From NCBI RefSeq assembly GCF_001194135.2, contig NC_068981.1:184323255-184368359 (forward strand): DNA of 45,105 nucleotides. Reading direction: 5' to 3'. Numbering within the stretch: the first letter of the stretch is position 1; each line of letters starts with the position of its first letter. Both the position numbers and the translations under genes were made by a program. This document shows, one piece after another, positions 1-11,080 of the stretch. Under the pieces are notes generated by a model. It did no database searches and was not told the DNA's origin. It saw nothing but the letters and a program-made list of their open reading frames with translations. This DNA is from Octopus bimaculoides. Taxonomy: Eukaryota.

Positions 1-1021
1 TCAATGTACTTTCCCTGATTATCTATGACTTCCTTCTATCTATATACAAGTTTTTTAATCCCATCAATGTAAAACTCTTTTGGTTTCAAAGCAAAGAACT
101 CTGAAATGTCAGTTTCAGCCTCCTCCTGGCTTGTGAAAGTTTTGTCCCCCAAATGATTCTGTAAACTGTGAAACAAATGGTAGTCTGAAGGAGCAAGGTT
201 GGGAGAATAAGGTGATTGAGGAATTTTTTCCCAACCAAGCTCTTCGATCTTCCATGATGTGATCTTTGCAGTGTGGGGTCACGCATTGTCCTGATGAAAC
301 ATCACTCCTTTTCAATTCACTAAAGCTGGTCTTTTTTTTTTCAAAGCTTGGTTCAAACGCTCTAATTGCTGACAGTAGACTTAAGCATTGATTGTTGCAT
401 TAGGTGGTAACAATTTAAAGTGAATTACTCCTTTGCAATCCCACCAGATAGAGAGAAGAACCTTTTTTCCATAAAGTTCCCTTCTCGGTTGTGGTTGAAC
501 ATTTTCCCTTTTACCAAGCCACTGTTTACGACATTTAACATTTTGATAGAAGATCCATTTTCATAACCAGTCACAAGTCTATCCAAAAAGGGTGAAATGA
601 ATTAGCAAGAATAGAGAGAAGAGCAGATGTCAACTCAGGATTTGCAGTTGCTTTTGGACAATTCATGAGGCACCCATTCTCCAAGTTTAGGAATCTTTCC
701 AAGTTGTTGAAGATGATGATGAACAGTCGTATGGTTTCAACTAAGCTTTATTGCCAATTCTTCAACTGATAATGCAGGATTTTCTTCAAGTAATGCCTCA
801 ACGAGCTTATCATCAAACTCAACTGGACGTCCTGTTTGATCTTCATCTTCAAGGCTGAAATCTCCACTTCTGAATTTTGCAAACCATCTTCTGCAAGTTC
901 TTTCATTCAACCATTCTTTCCCATAAACTGAGTCTATGTTTCGAGTCACTTCTACTGCAGAGTTTCCTTTTCTGTACTCATGAAGCATTATGTGCCTTAA
1001 ATGCTCTTTGGATACTTCCAT
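1..1021 (-). pseudogene. Mariner transposase pseudogene, almost full length, with stops and frameshifts
   Basis: ATG at 1021 gives MEVSKEHLRHIMLHEYRKGNSA...RRWFAKFRSGDFSLEDE (mariner N-terminal HTH). Manual translation further on gives WVPHEL, VTGYEKW (decayed VTGDEKW), HQDNA*PH, YSPNLAPSDYHLF and DNQGKYI at base 1. Confidence 0.88.
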
Positions 1022-1206
1022 GTTAGAAACGGTTTTAATCAAAGAAATTTTAATTCTATTATTCTGTAAAATAATATTTAATTAGTTTAAATGTACACAA
1101 ATGCATAAAAATAATTTTAAATTTCATTAGACATTCTAAAATACTATTAAATTTCATTCAATTTTAAAAAAAGGTAAAATCGGACAGAACTTATGGGATG
1201 ACCTGA
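1..1206 (-). mobile_element. Decayed mariner (Tc1/mariner, DD34D-type) DNA transposon; far TIR lies outside the window
   Basis: Minus strand begins TA|TCAGGTCATCCCATAAGTTCTGTCCG (mariner-like TIR, TA at 1207-1208), followed by transposase-like sequence to the window edge. Confidence 0.9.
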
Positions 1207-1385
1207 TATATATACATATACACACATGCACAAACACGTGCGTGCACACGCACACACACACACACATGCACATACATACACATCTATATTTATATCTATA
1301 TCTAAATATCTACCTACTATCTCTCTCTGTCTCTCTCCTCTCTATCTATCTATCTGTACATACATACATACACACATACACAAAT
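1207..1385. repeat. Compound (TA)n/(CA)n/(TATC)n/(CT)n microsatellite
   Basis: Directly visible low-complexity tracts. Confidence 0.9.
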
Positions 1386-1682
1386 TTATTTGTAGGTTCA
1401 CAGGTCAGATTGTGTTAGTAGCAGGTTACTAATGGACTCCTCCCAACATACACACAAAATTTGTATGATTTACCTTGTTAGATAATACAAAGGGGAAATA
1501 TTTCTATTTTATTATCTTGCACTTTAAGTTGCCAGAGAATACTATAAGGGAAAGCTATTGTGAGTTTTAATGTCTATACTTTTAAAGTTAGTACAAAATA
1601 AATAGATATACTGATTATGATAAGGTGATCCACTTTTTGGTTAATTTACCCATAAATTGAATTTTAACATTTTTTGGCTAAG

Positions 1683-2157
1683 ATAGGCCTAGGTGTGCGG
1701 CTAAGGAGCTCACTTTGCAACCAAGGTGGTTTCGGTTTCAGTTTCGCTGCATGGCACCATGGGCGAGTGTCTTCTACTATAGCACTGGTCTAAACAGTGT
1801 CTTGTGAGTGAATCTGGGAGGTGGAAACTGTGAGGAAGCCTGTTGTGTGTATGTATATTCATATATATAAATATATTATCTGTGTGTGTATGTGTTTGTG
1901 GTGTGTGTGTGTGTGCGTGTGTGTGTGTGTGTGTATGTGTAAAAGTATTTGTGTGTTCGTGTTTGTCCCCCATCATTGCTTGATATCCGATGTTGGTGTG
2001 TTTATGTCCCGGTAACCTAGCGTTCCGGCAAAAGAGACCGATAGAATAAATACTAGGCTTATAAAGAACAATCCTGGGGTCGACTTGCTCGACTGAAGGC
2101 GGTGCTCCAGCATGGCCGCAGTCAAATGACTGAAACAAGTGAAAGAGTAAAAGAATA
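1683..2157 (+). mobile_element. SINE family A (tRNA-like head, CCTTGGGCAAGTGTCTT-type core, internal microsatellite, tail ending GCAGTCAAATGACTGAAAC; resembles octopus OR-type SINEs)
   Basis: Matches the cleaner copies at 20219-20576 and 18855-19240 within this window. Confidence 0.85.
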
Positions 2158-2225
2158 TATACATGTGTGTGTGTGTGTGTGTGTGAATGTTCCTGTGTAT
2201 GAATGTGTGTGTGTGTGTGTATGAA

Positions 2226-2462
2226 GGTGCATGGCCTAGTTGTAAGGCTATTGCACTCACGATCACTAGATCGTGGGTTCAATCCCTTGATTGGGCAGTG
2301 CATTGTGCTCTTGAGCAAAACACTTCATTTCATGTTACTCCAGTCCCCCTTTTGAACAGGGGGGAATGGTGGTGGCAGCCAAAAGCTAAAACAATGCAAA
2401 ATGTACTGTGACCAGCAATGTGTAACAACGTCTCATAATCTGGTCAGTCATGTGATCATGTG
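2226..2462 (+). mobile_element. SINE family B (tRNA-like head plus TCTTGAGCAAAACACTT...CTCCAGTCC Meta-domain-like core)
   Basis: A box TGGCCTAGTTG and B box GGTTCAATCCC; core shared with 18577-18854. Confidence 0.7.
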
Positions 2463-2580
2463 GTTACTTTATATATGTCAATACTATTTTAAATAAAAGA
2501 GTTGATGACAAACTTGTTATAAATACTGACCTGTTTCTATCAGGATCTTTATCAGAATATTTGTTTTCAATAGGATTCTT

Positions 2581-2974
2581 TTATTCTTCTATTTGTTTCA
2601 GTCATATTGACTGTGGCCATGCTGGAGTACCGCCTTTAGTCGAACAAATCGACGCCAGGACTTATTCTTTGTAAGCTAGTATTTATTCTGTCGAACCGCT
2701 AGGTTACGGAGACATAAATACACCAGTATCGGTGGTGTGTTTGTGATGGTGGGGAGACAAACACAGAAACACAAACACACATACATACATATACATACAT
2801 ATATATATAGGACAGACTTCTTTCAGTTTCCATCTACCAAATCCACTCACAAGGCTTTGGTTGGCCCAAGGCTATAGTAAAAGACACTTGCCCAAGGTGC
2901 TACGACGTGGGAATGAACCCAGAACCATGTGGTTGGGAAGCAAGCTACTTACCACACAGCCACTTCTGCGCCTA
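2581..2974 (-). mobile_element. SINE family A, near full length
   Basis: Reverse complement of the 20219-type copy, including the (TACA)n/(TA)n hinge. Confidence 0.9.
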
Positions 2975-3057
2975 TGCAAAAAAAAAAAATGCAAAAAAAG
3001 AAAAAAAAACACAAGAAAGTTGTTGTTTTGGGATCCACTATTCATCTTCTATTTTAA

Positions 3058-3277
3058 CCCTTTAGCATTCAAACTAGTCATATCCGGCCAAAATACTCTA
3101 CCTATTTTGCGTTTAAGCCAGCCAGATCTGGCCTTTCACACACACTTTGCTATGTCATTCTAAAAATAAACAATTGCATCAGCAAAAATCTCAAACCCAT
3201 GAGATTATGCAGATCAAATCAAGACAATGTGAATAAATAAGCATTATATTTGACTGAGTAATCTGAATACTAAAGGA
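3058..3277. mobile_element. piggyBac-like MITE
   Basis: TTAA|CCCTTTAGCATTCA ... TGAATACTAAAGGA|TTAC: imperfect 14-bp TIR with TTAA-like flanks. Confidence 0.65.
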
Positions 3278-3299
3278 TTACATTAACAATACTACTTAT

Positions 3300-3514
3300 A
3301 ATGGTTTCAGATTTTTGGCATGGGATCAGCAGTTTTTGAGGGCAGGGGAAAGTCAATCACATTCCTCCGTACTTGTCTGGTACTTACTTTGTCGACACGA
3401 AAAGGATGAAAGGCAAAGTTGACCTTGGCAGAATTTGAACTCAGAACCTTGAGACAGACGAAATGCAGCTAAGCATTTTGCCCAGTATTCTAGCAGTTCT
3501 GCCAGCTCACAACC
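3300..3514 (-). mobile_element. SINE family C (tRNA-like head plus GCCTTTCATCCTTTCGGGGTCGATAAAATAAGTACC Nin/Deu-domain-like core)
   Basis: Reverse complement contains CTGAGTTCAAATTCTGCCAAGGTCAACTTTGCCTTTCATCC, shared with 24913-25105 and 27133-27350. Confidence 0.8.
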
Positions 3515-3573
3515 TTAACAATAATGATTCTTCGTCCATTAGCAATCAGGGCTGTCAGATTTCCTTGATATAC

Positions 3574-3930
3574 TTTTTTACTCTTTTATACATTTCAGTC
3601 ATTTGACTGTGGCCATGCTGGAGCACCACTTTTATTGAAAGAAATCGCCCCCAGGACTTATTCTATGTAAAGCCTACTACTTAGTCTATCGGTCCCTTTT
3701 GCCAAACTGCTAAGTTTTGGGGATATAAACACACCACCATATATATATATATATATATATATATACATGACAGGCTTCTTTCAGTTTCCGTCAACCAAAT
3801 CTACTCACAACGCTTTAGTTGGCCCGAGGCTATAGTAGAAGACACTTGCCCAAGATGCTATGCAGTGGAACTGAACCCGGAACCATGTGGTTGGGAAGCA
3901 AGCTACTTACCACAAAACCACTCCTGCGCC
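3574..3930 (-). mobile_element. SINE family A, near full length, (TA)n hinge at about 3738-3765
   Basis: Same family motifs as 2581-2974. Confidence 0.9.
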
Positions 3931-4914
3931 GATATTGAAAGGAATAATATGGCTTATAATAGCTCTTTCTTTCAAACGCAAATAAAACATGAAAGTCCTG
4001 TTTGTTAATGGACGACAGAGAAAGGAATGGTGATAAACAGGGATTTCCTAAAGGCCAAGAACAAAAGGCTTCAATAGCTGTAGCAACAACAACTACAACA
4101 CTTTCACTATTAAAACCAGCACTGGCAATAAAAATAGTTTTTAACAATTGTATAAGGTCAAACATGTTTAGAAAGTGAAAAGTGTGTTTAATCTGACAGA
4201 TTCTTAACTCACATTAACTCACTGCTTTGTTACTTGTCCCACTTGAATGTTGTTGTTGTTCTAACCCTGGGTCAGCTCTGATTGTGCAAATCATCCTGCT
4301 GTAACCATCCTGCCTTTTTTACCTTCTGTGCAAGGAGCCTAGAATGGCATTGTCCACCTTGTCCTTTTCTAAAGAAGTTTGGGTGTGATTTGAAGGACGT
4401 TCCAACATTCAACTTGTGTGTGTGTGTTTGTGTGTGTGTGTACACGTGGGTGTGTGGGTGTGTACACGTGTGTGTGTGCATGCATGCATGTGTTTGCTTA
4501 GGTCTGCTGCAAAAACATTGGCAGAGTCTCAAATACCAACTCACTGCCTAGAAATTGAACCTGAAATCCTTGTGTCCAGATGTGAAAGTAATTGTAAACA
4601 CCAAAACCAAAACAGGATCTAGTCAGGGATTGATGATGTCAGCAAGCAACTAACCATTCAGGTTTCAAGTAAACACATTGAGAACTTGTTTTTCTCAGTA
4701 TCTAGGCTAACCAGTAAAAACATGATAGCCTGTAGAAGCTTAATTTCTTAGAGTCCTAATTGAAAATGACTTATTGGAATTCAGCATCAATTTTGTCTTT
4801 GGCACCATTTCTTTGATGGACCATTTGGTATATTGGGGTTGATTTGTTGGCTTAAACCTTTTATGTGATGCCCAGCGTAGCTGTAGTCAAATGACTGAAA
4901 CAAATAAAAGAATA

Positions 4915-4915
<1 letters not shown>

Positions 4916-4995
<80 letters not shown>
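4916..4995. repeat. (CT)n followed by (TA)n microsatellite, running into an assembly gap
   Basis: Directly visible. Confidence 0.95.
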
Positions 4996-5434
4996 NNNNN
5001 NNNNNNNNNNNNNNNNNNNNNNNNNNNNNNNNNNNNNNNNNNNNNNNNNNNNNNNNNNNNNNNNNNNNNNNNNNNNNNNNNNNNNNNNNNNNNNNNNNNN
5101 NNNNNNNNNNNNNNNNNNNNNNNNNNNNNNNNNNNNNNNNNNNNNNNNNNNNNNNNNNNNNNNNNNNNNNNNNNNNNNNNNNNNNNNNNNNNNNNNNNNN
5201 NNNNNNNNNNNNNNNNNNNNNNNNNNNNNNNNNNNNNNNNNNNNNNNNNNNNNNNNNNNNNNNNNNNNNNNNNNNNNNNNNNNNNNNNNNNNNNNNNNNN
5301 NNNNNNNNNNNNNNNNNNNNNNNNNNNNNNNNNNNNNNNNNNNNNNNNNNNNNNNNNNNNNNNNNNNNNNNNNNNNNNNNNNNNNNNNNNNNNNNNNNNN
5401 NNNNNNNNNNNNNNNNNNNNNNNNNNNNNNNNNN

Positions 5435-6240
5435 GGTTAGCGGAACTAACTTTTTTCCTTTTTTTTACATCAAACAAAACATCAGAATAAAACATTGCAT
5501 AACAATTCAAATAACGTTTAACAAAGGTTTCAGAACATTGCATAATCAAAATTTACAATCGAGAGTTTGTACATCAAGTCCATTAAAAGTTCTTTCACTT
5601 CGTTGTTTTTCTTTTCCATTAACAACATGTCACAAAGTTCTTTCTTTTCTTTTCCACCCGTCAACATCACAGTTAACGAAATCTCTTTTTCTTCTTTTAA
5701 CACATGTAACGACAAGTACATTTTAAAGAATATTTAAACAAACCTTCACCACACGAATTTCCTTTCTTTTAAAACTCCTACTATAATCCAAGAAGTAGTG
5801 ACCAACTGACTATTACGATCTCTTGGCGGCCACAACAGTTCCATCTCTGTCCCTCTCTCTCATTGCTTCAGTCCCTATCGGTTGACTGGTACCTTCTCAC
5901 CATAGGCTCTCTCGCTCTCAGCCTCTTTCTGTCAGCCTCTCTGTTCATCTTGCTGACCGCTGCTGTCACATACTCGTTCTACACTGGCCCACATTTTTCA
6001 TCCAACTGCCCGTCCGCCAACTGTTCGCGCCAACTCTCGCTGTCGTATTCATCACAAATACCATAGCTTTACAGTGCTACCTTACCCCCCCTCCAAAAGC
6101 TGGGTCAGTTCAGTACAATTCCTCACTTGTTTTTCTGAACTTTCGATGACCAGAAAGAGTCATCGATCACACCTACGCTAAAAACAGCTGCACTTGTTCA
6201 CAAGTCAAAGGAAATACCATTATTCTCAACAACCAGAATG
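5435..6240 (-). mobile_element. Possible LTR-retrotransposon 3' fragment (polypurine tract plus LTR-like sequence)
   Basis: Minus strand TTTTGGAGGGGGGTAAG is PPT-like and is followed by purine-skewed, CpG-retaining non-coding sequence. No second LTR or TSD is visible because of the gap. Confidence 0.25.
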
Positions 6241-6443
6241 CGGTTTCAAAACCCAGCTCGGGAGATAGGGATATATCATTATTTGTTTTTCGGTGGTCGC
6301 ATCAATATATATATAGTATATGTAAATATATAAAGTGTGACAATTTAAAGTTTAAGTATTTAACGCATATTACGATTGTTTCGCAAAAGTATTGTCTTTA
6401 TAATGGAACTGAAGATGGATAAACATTGATAGGCAATACTTCT

Positions 6444-6692
6444 GATCAACTGAACAGCCTGTTTGTGAAATTAAAGTGCAAGTGGCTGAGCACTCCACAG
6501 ATACATGTATCCTTAACGGAGTTCTCAAGGAGATTCAGTATGATATAGAGTGTGATAAGGCTGGCCCTTTGAATTACAAGTGCAACTCTATTTTGCCAGG
6601 TGAATGGACTGTCTGGCTCAAAGACACAAAATATCACTGGGAATTGAACTCTGGACCTTACAATCACGAGTCAAATACCCTAATCCACAGAG
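6444..6692 (-). mobile_element. SINE family B
   Basis: Reverse complement of 18577-18854 (GTGCAAGTGGCTGAGCACTCCACAGATACATGT...). Explains ORFs 6476 and 18631-18822. Confidence 0.85.
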
Positions 6693-8190
6693 AAAGTAAA
6701 AGACAAGGATTCCATGATGAAATTGCTGAAGATTTCCTTTTCTATCCTGGGATACACCTGGATACATCATCACCAATGTTTCCTGGAGTCATTAGGTGTT
6801 AGGGGATTTTCAACATCAGACACCTTCAAACAGGTTGATCAATCCCCCACCAAGGTTGATTAATCCAGAAATATTAGTGAAACCTCCCCCCTCCCACTGC
6901 TTTGTTAATGAGAAGACATAAAATTTTGTATCCATATAATTTTTCTTTCTTAAATATGGCTTTTGACAGCTTTAAAACCATTTTAATTTTATGAAGCATA
7001 AAAATAAAATATGAGAGATAGTTTATATGATTTTTAATTACACCATGTTACATATGTTTCATTAACACATGGTGGTTATTAGTAACACAAAAAAAAGATT
7101 ATATGATCAACACTTATTGTCAATTCATTGGTGACTGCTTGTCCATGTCTTAAGACAGTATTGTGTACTATCTTTAAAACTGTACATTAAGCTTTGATTT
7201 TAAATACAAAATATGAAATGAAACAAACTTAAAATGATTCAGTATGCTTTTTATGTGTTTATACTTAACATTAGCACCTGACTACATTTTGCTAACAAAA
7301 TGGTATTAGTTTTTAATAACATTTCTCTTATTATTTAAAGAAAATAGTAATATATTACTTTCACTAAACATTGATGACTTATTAATAAATTGTTCTTCAG
7401 CGCATAGGTCTGCTGAGTCGTTGAATATCAAATTATTGTCAACATCTCTGTTATCAGGGTGGTTGGCTTTGTCATTCATAAATTATTTTTATTTATTCAT
7501 CAATTATTAGCTTTTTTTTTTGTTTGCTATAGAATTCGTGATTGTTTCATTCATATTTTCTGTTTTATATGGACAAGGTTCCCAAAAAAATTTGACAAGC
7601 TGAGACAAAACTATTTATGGGGTCCAGGAGAGGGGTGCCATCCAAAAATTCAAAGAAGGATTTGAGTTTTTTTTTTTAAGGAGGGGTTCAACAGATACTC
7701 ATGTGCCCTTCCTTGACTCCCCAAGTCCTGGATTGATGTACCAGTTGAACCCCACCACCCTCTTATAGGTTCTATTTTGGACATAAGCATATTTGTATGG
7801 TTAAGAAGTTTGCTTCACATTTGCGTGTTTTCAGCTTTGGTTCCATTGCTCATAGCACAGCACCTTGAGCAAGTATCTTCTACTACAGCATTGTGTCAGC
7901 TTAAGCCTTGTATGTGAAATTCAGTTGAGGGAAACATGTCAAAAAGGGTCATGTGTGCTGCCCTTTCACATCTGACTAATCATACACCTCCTTAAAACTT
8001 TGAATCCCCTAATATTTTTTTAAAGAGAAATGGGTAGTTGTGACTTCTGTCCCCTCAATACTGCTCCAAGGGCAGCTCTCACTGATGATAATATATTAAC
8101 GAGAGACCCTCTTCGTGATCATTCAACCTGCTACAAAAGCAGCCAAATCTCCCTGAAATAATACTTTACTGTTTTGAAGAAGGAAAGATT

Positions 8191-8633
8191 CTTTTCTACT
8201 CTAGGCACAAGGCCCAAAATTGTTGGGGAGGGGGCCAGTCAATTAGATCGACCACAGTACACAACTTGTACTTAATTTATTAACTTCTAACCCTAACTCC
8301 AAAAGGATGAAAGGCAAAGTGGAATTTGAACTCAGAACATAAAAACAGATGAAATACCGCTAAGCATTTCACCCAGTGTGCTAACATTTCTGCTAGCTCG
8401 CTGCTTTTAATAATCTTTTCTACCCTAGGCACAAGGCCTGAAATTTTTGGGAGGGGGGCCAGTCGATTAGATCAACCCCAGTATGCAACTGGTACTTAAT
8501 TTATCGACCCCGCCAAAAGGATAAAAGGCAAAGTCGACGTCGGCAGAATTTGAACTCAGAACATAAAGACAGACAAAATACTGCGAAGCATTTCGCCCGG
8601 TGTGCTAACGATTCAGCCAGCTCACCACCTTAA
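8191..8633 (-). mobile_element. Head-to-tail dimer of SINE family C flanked by one 14-bp direct repeat
   Basis: Monomers at about 8191-8410 and 8411-8633; AAGAAGGAAAGATT at 8177-8190 and 8634-8647. Confidence 0.8.
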
Positions 8634-9310
8634 AAGAAGGAAAGATTACATGGATAATGTAGTCCTAGGTATGGCTAAAAAAACTGGATGGTCATGGCTG
8701 GAATGTNNNNNNNNNNNNNNNNNNNNNNNNNNNNNNNNNNNNNNNNNNNNNNNNNNNNNNNNNNNNNNNNNNNNNNNNNNNNNNNNNNNNNNNNNNNNNN
8801 NNNNNNNNNNNNNNNNNNNNNNNNNNNNNNNNNNNNNNNNNNNNNNNNNNNNNNNNNNNNNNNNNNNNNNNNNNNNNNNNNNNNNNNNNNNNNNNNNNNN
8901 NNNNNNNNNNNNNNNNNNNNNNNNNNNNNNNNNNNNNNNNNNNNNNNNNNNNNNNNNNNNNNNNNNNNNNNNNNNNNNNNNNNNNNNNNNNNNNNNNNNN
9001 NNNNNNNNNNNNNNNNNNNNNNNNNNNNNNNNNNNNNNNNNNNNNNNNNNNNNNNNNNNNNNNNNNNNNNNNNNNNNNNNNNNNNNNNNNNNNNNNNNNN
9101 NNNNNNNNNNNNNNNNNNNNNNNNNNNNNNNNNNNNNNNNNNNNNNNNNNNNNNNNNNNNNNNNNNNNNNNNNNNNNNNNNNNNNNNNNNNNNNNNNNNN
9201 NNNNNNNNNNNNNNNNNNNNNNNNNNNNNNNNNNNNNNNNNNNNNNNNNNNNNNNNNNNNNNNNNNNNNNNNNNNNNNNNNNNNNNNNNNNNNNNNNNNN
9301 NNNNNNNNNN

Positions 9311-9437
9311 CACAAGGCTTTGGTCGACCCAAGGCTGTAGTAGAAGACACTTGCCCAAGGTGCCACACAGTGGGACTGAACCCAGAGCCATGTGGTTGGG
9401 AAGCAAGCTTCTTACCACACAGCCACTCCTGTGCCTA
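9311..9437 (-). mobile_element. SINE family A head, remainder in gap
   Basis: CACAAGGCTTTGGTCGACCC...CCACACAGCCACTCCTGTGCC. Confidence 0.85.
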
Positions 9438-9513
9438 TGTGATATAAATTCTGTATTTCACGATGAAGTTGTGCCAAAAGTTTTCTGTTCTTTTCTTTTT
9501 ACTTTGATTTCAT

Positions 9514-9978
9514 CGTGATGGCACCTATACCAGTGGAGCACTAAGAGCACCGTCCGAGTGTGATCGTTGCCAGAGCAGCTGTCTGGCTTCCGTGCCACTG
9601 GCACGTAAATAGCACCATTTGAGCGTGATCGTTACTAATGTCGCCTTCCTGACACTTGTGCTGGTGGCACGTGAAAAGATATTCGAGCAAAATCGTTGCC
9701 AGTGTCACTGGACTGGCTCCTGTGCAGGTGGCACGTAAAATACACCATTTTGAGCGTGTCCATTGCCAGTACCGTCTGACTCGCCTTCATGCCGGTGGCA
9801 CGTAAAGGCACTCACTACACTTTCTGAGTGGTTGGCGTTAGGAAGGGCATCCAGCTGTAGAAACTCTGCCAAATCAGATTGGAGCCTGGTGCAGCCTTCT
9901 GGTTCGCCAGTCCTCAGTGAAATCATCCAGCCCATGGTAGCATGGAAAGCGGACTTTAAATGATGATGATGATGATGA
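9514..9978 (+). mobile_element. Family D: RTE-type 3'-tailed retroposon (LINE 3' UTR or RTE-mobilised SINE) ending in (GAT)n
   Basis: GGAAGGGCATCCAGCTGTAGAAACTCTGCC...GCATGGAAAGCGGACTTTAAATGATGATGAT; near-identical copies at 23892, 28224 and 42805. Confidence 0.85.
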
Positions 9979-10057
9979 AAGTAGTATGTTGCCGTTTAGC
10001 AATGATTTTGTTAGTTTATTTTTGTTATTTATTGTTATTTTATTTCCTTATTTTCAA

Positions 10058-10840
10058 GGTGACTAGGTGACAGAATCAATACTGTGCATGACAAAAATGT
10101 TGCAGTATTTCTTCTGGGTTTACATTCTGAGTTCAAATGCCACCAGAATCGACTTCACCTTTCATTCTTTCAAGGGTTGATAAAATAAATACCAGTTAAA
10201 TACTGAGGTTGATGTAATCGATTAGCCTTCTCGTATCTATTTTAAAATGGGGGCCACATTTTTCATTAATGTTTTATGTAGTGTTTTTGGTAAGGAAAGA
10301 CTTTCAAACTTCGTATACTTATCTATTTTGTGTTATAGAACAGAAAAATATTTTTGTATTCGAATTTATTTCATGTAAAAAATTGTCTTATTTCGATAAT
10401 TTCAACCAATCACTGACAAGTATTCAGTTGTTTATATTTACTCCTTTGGCTGATTAAGCGATGTAAAGCGTATTTAATCTCCATACCTTCGTTTTATTTG
10501 CTTTTTTCATTTTAAATTTGCTTTAACCCTAACCCTAGGGTTAGGGTTAGGGTTAATTGTTTCAGAATCGTTTGTTTATGTAGTCGGCACTTAATGTATA
10601 TCGGCTGAATGGACGTCAGTGATTGGTCGAAATTACAGAAATACGACAACTTTAACATGGAATAACTTAGGGATTTATTATTTTTTTAAAGAAGACTAAG
10701 AGAAAAAGATGTTTTATATGACACATTCTACCAGTGTTCCAAGTTTCAAAGTGTTTCGTTAATGAAAAATGTGGCCCCCGTTTTAAAAAAGATCCGCCTT
10801 CTCCCTCAAAATTTCCAGACCTTATGCCTATAGTAAAAAA
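10058..10840 (+). mobile_element. SINE family C host copy, interrupted by a MITE and with a second MITE at its 3' end
   Basis: CTGAGTTCAAATGCCACC...CCTTTCATTCTTTCAAGGGTTGATAAAATAAATACCAG before 10232; the consensus resumes at 10804 (CCCTCAAAATTTCCAGACCTTATGCCTATAG). Confidence 0.75.
10233..10795. mobile_element. Merlin-like MITE A, copy 1 (563 bp), with central telomeric-repeat palindrome
   Basis: 8-bp TSD GCCTTCTC (10225-10232 and 10796-10803); about 37-bp TIR G(G/T)ATC...GATCC; AACCCTAACCCTAGGGTTAGGGTTAGGGTT within 10523-10556. GG termini with 8-9-bp TSD is the Merlin signature. Confidence 0.85.
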
Positions 10841-11080
10841 GGTAAATTTTTAGATTAACACCCGCACGATCTTCTCTAGGGTGTTAGGGTTAGGGTTTTA
10901 GGGTTAGCTTTAGAGTTAGGGTTAGGGTTAGGGTTTAGGGTTAAGGTTTAGGGTTAGGGTTAGGGTTAGGGTTAGGGACGGAATTCCTTAACCCTAAAAC
11001 CTTAACCCTAAAACTAACCCTAAAACCCTAACCCTAACACCCTAGTGAAAATCGTGCAGGTGTTAATCTAAAAAATTACC
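10841..11080. mobile_element. Merlin-like fold-back MITE B (240 bp) built from (TTAGGG)n...(CCCTAA)n
   Basis: 8-bp TSD GTAAAAAA (10833-10840 and 11081-11088); termini GGTAA...TTACC; first about 51 bp of the arms match with 4 mismatches; central spacer GACGGAATTCC. Confidence 0.85.

Noticed and set aside
10226-10231. Initial reading of MITE A as having a 6-bp TSD with CG or GG/CC termini
   Set aside because: Both copies extend to exact 8-bp duplications, which gives consistent GGATC...GATCC ends.
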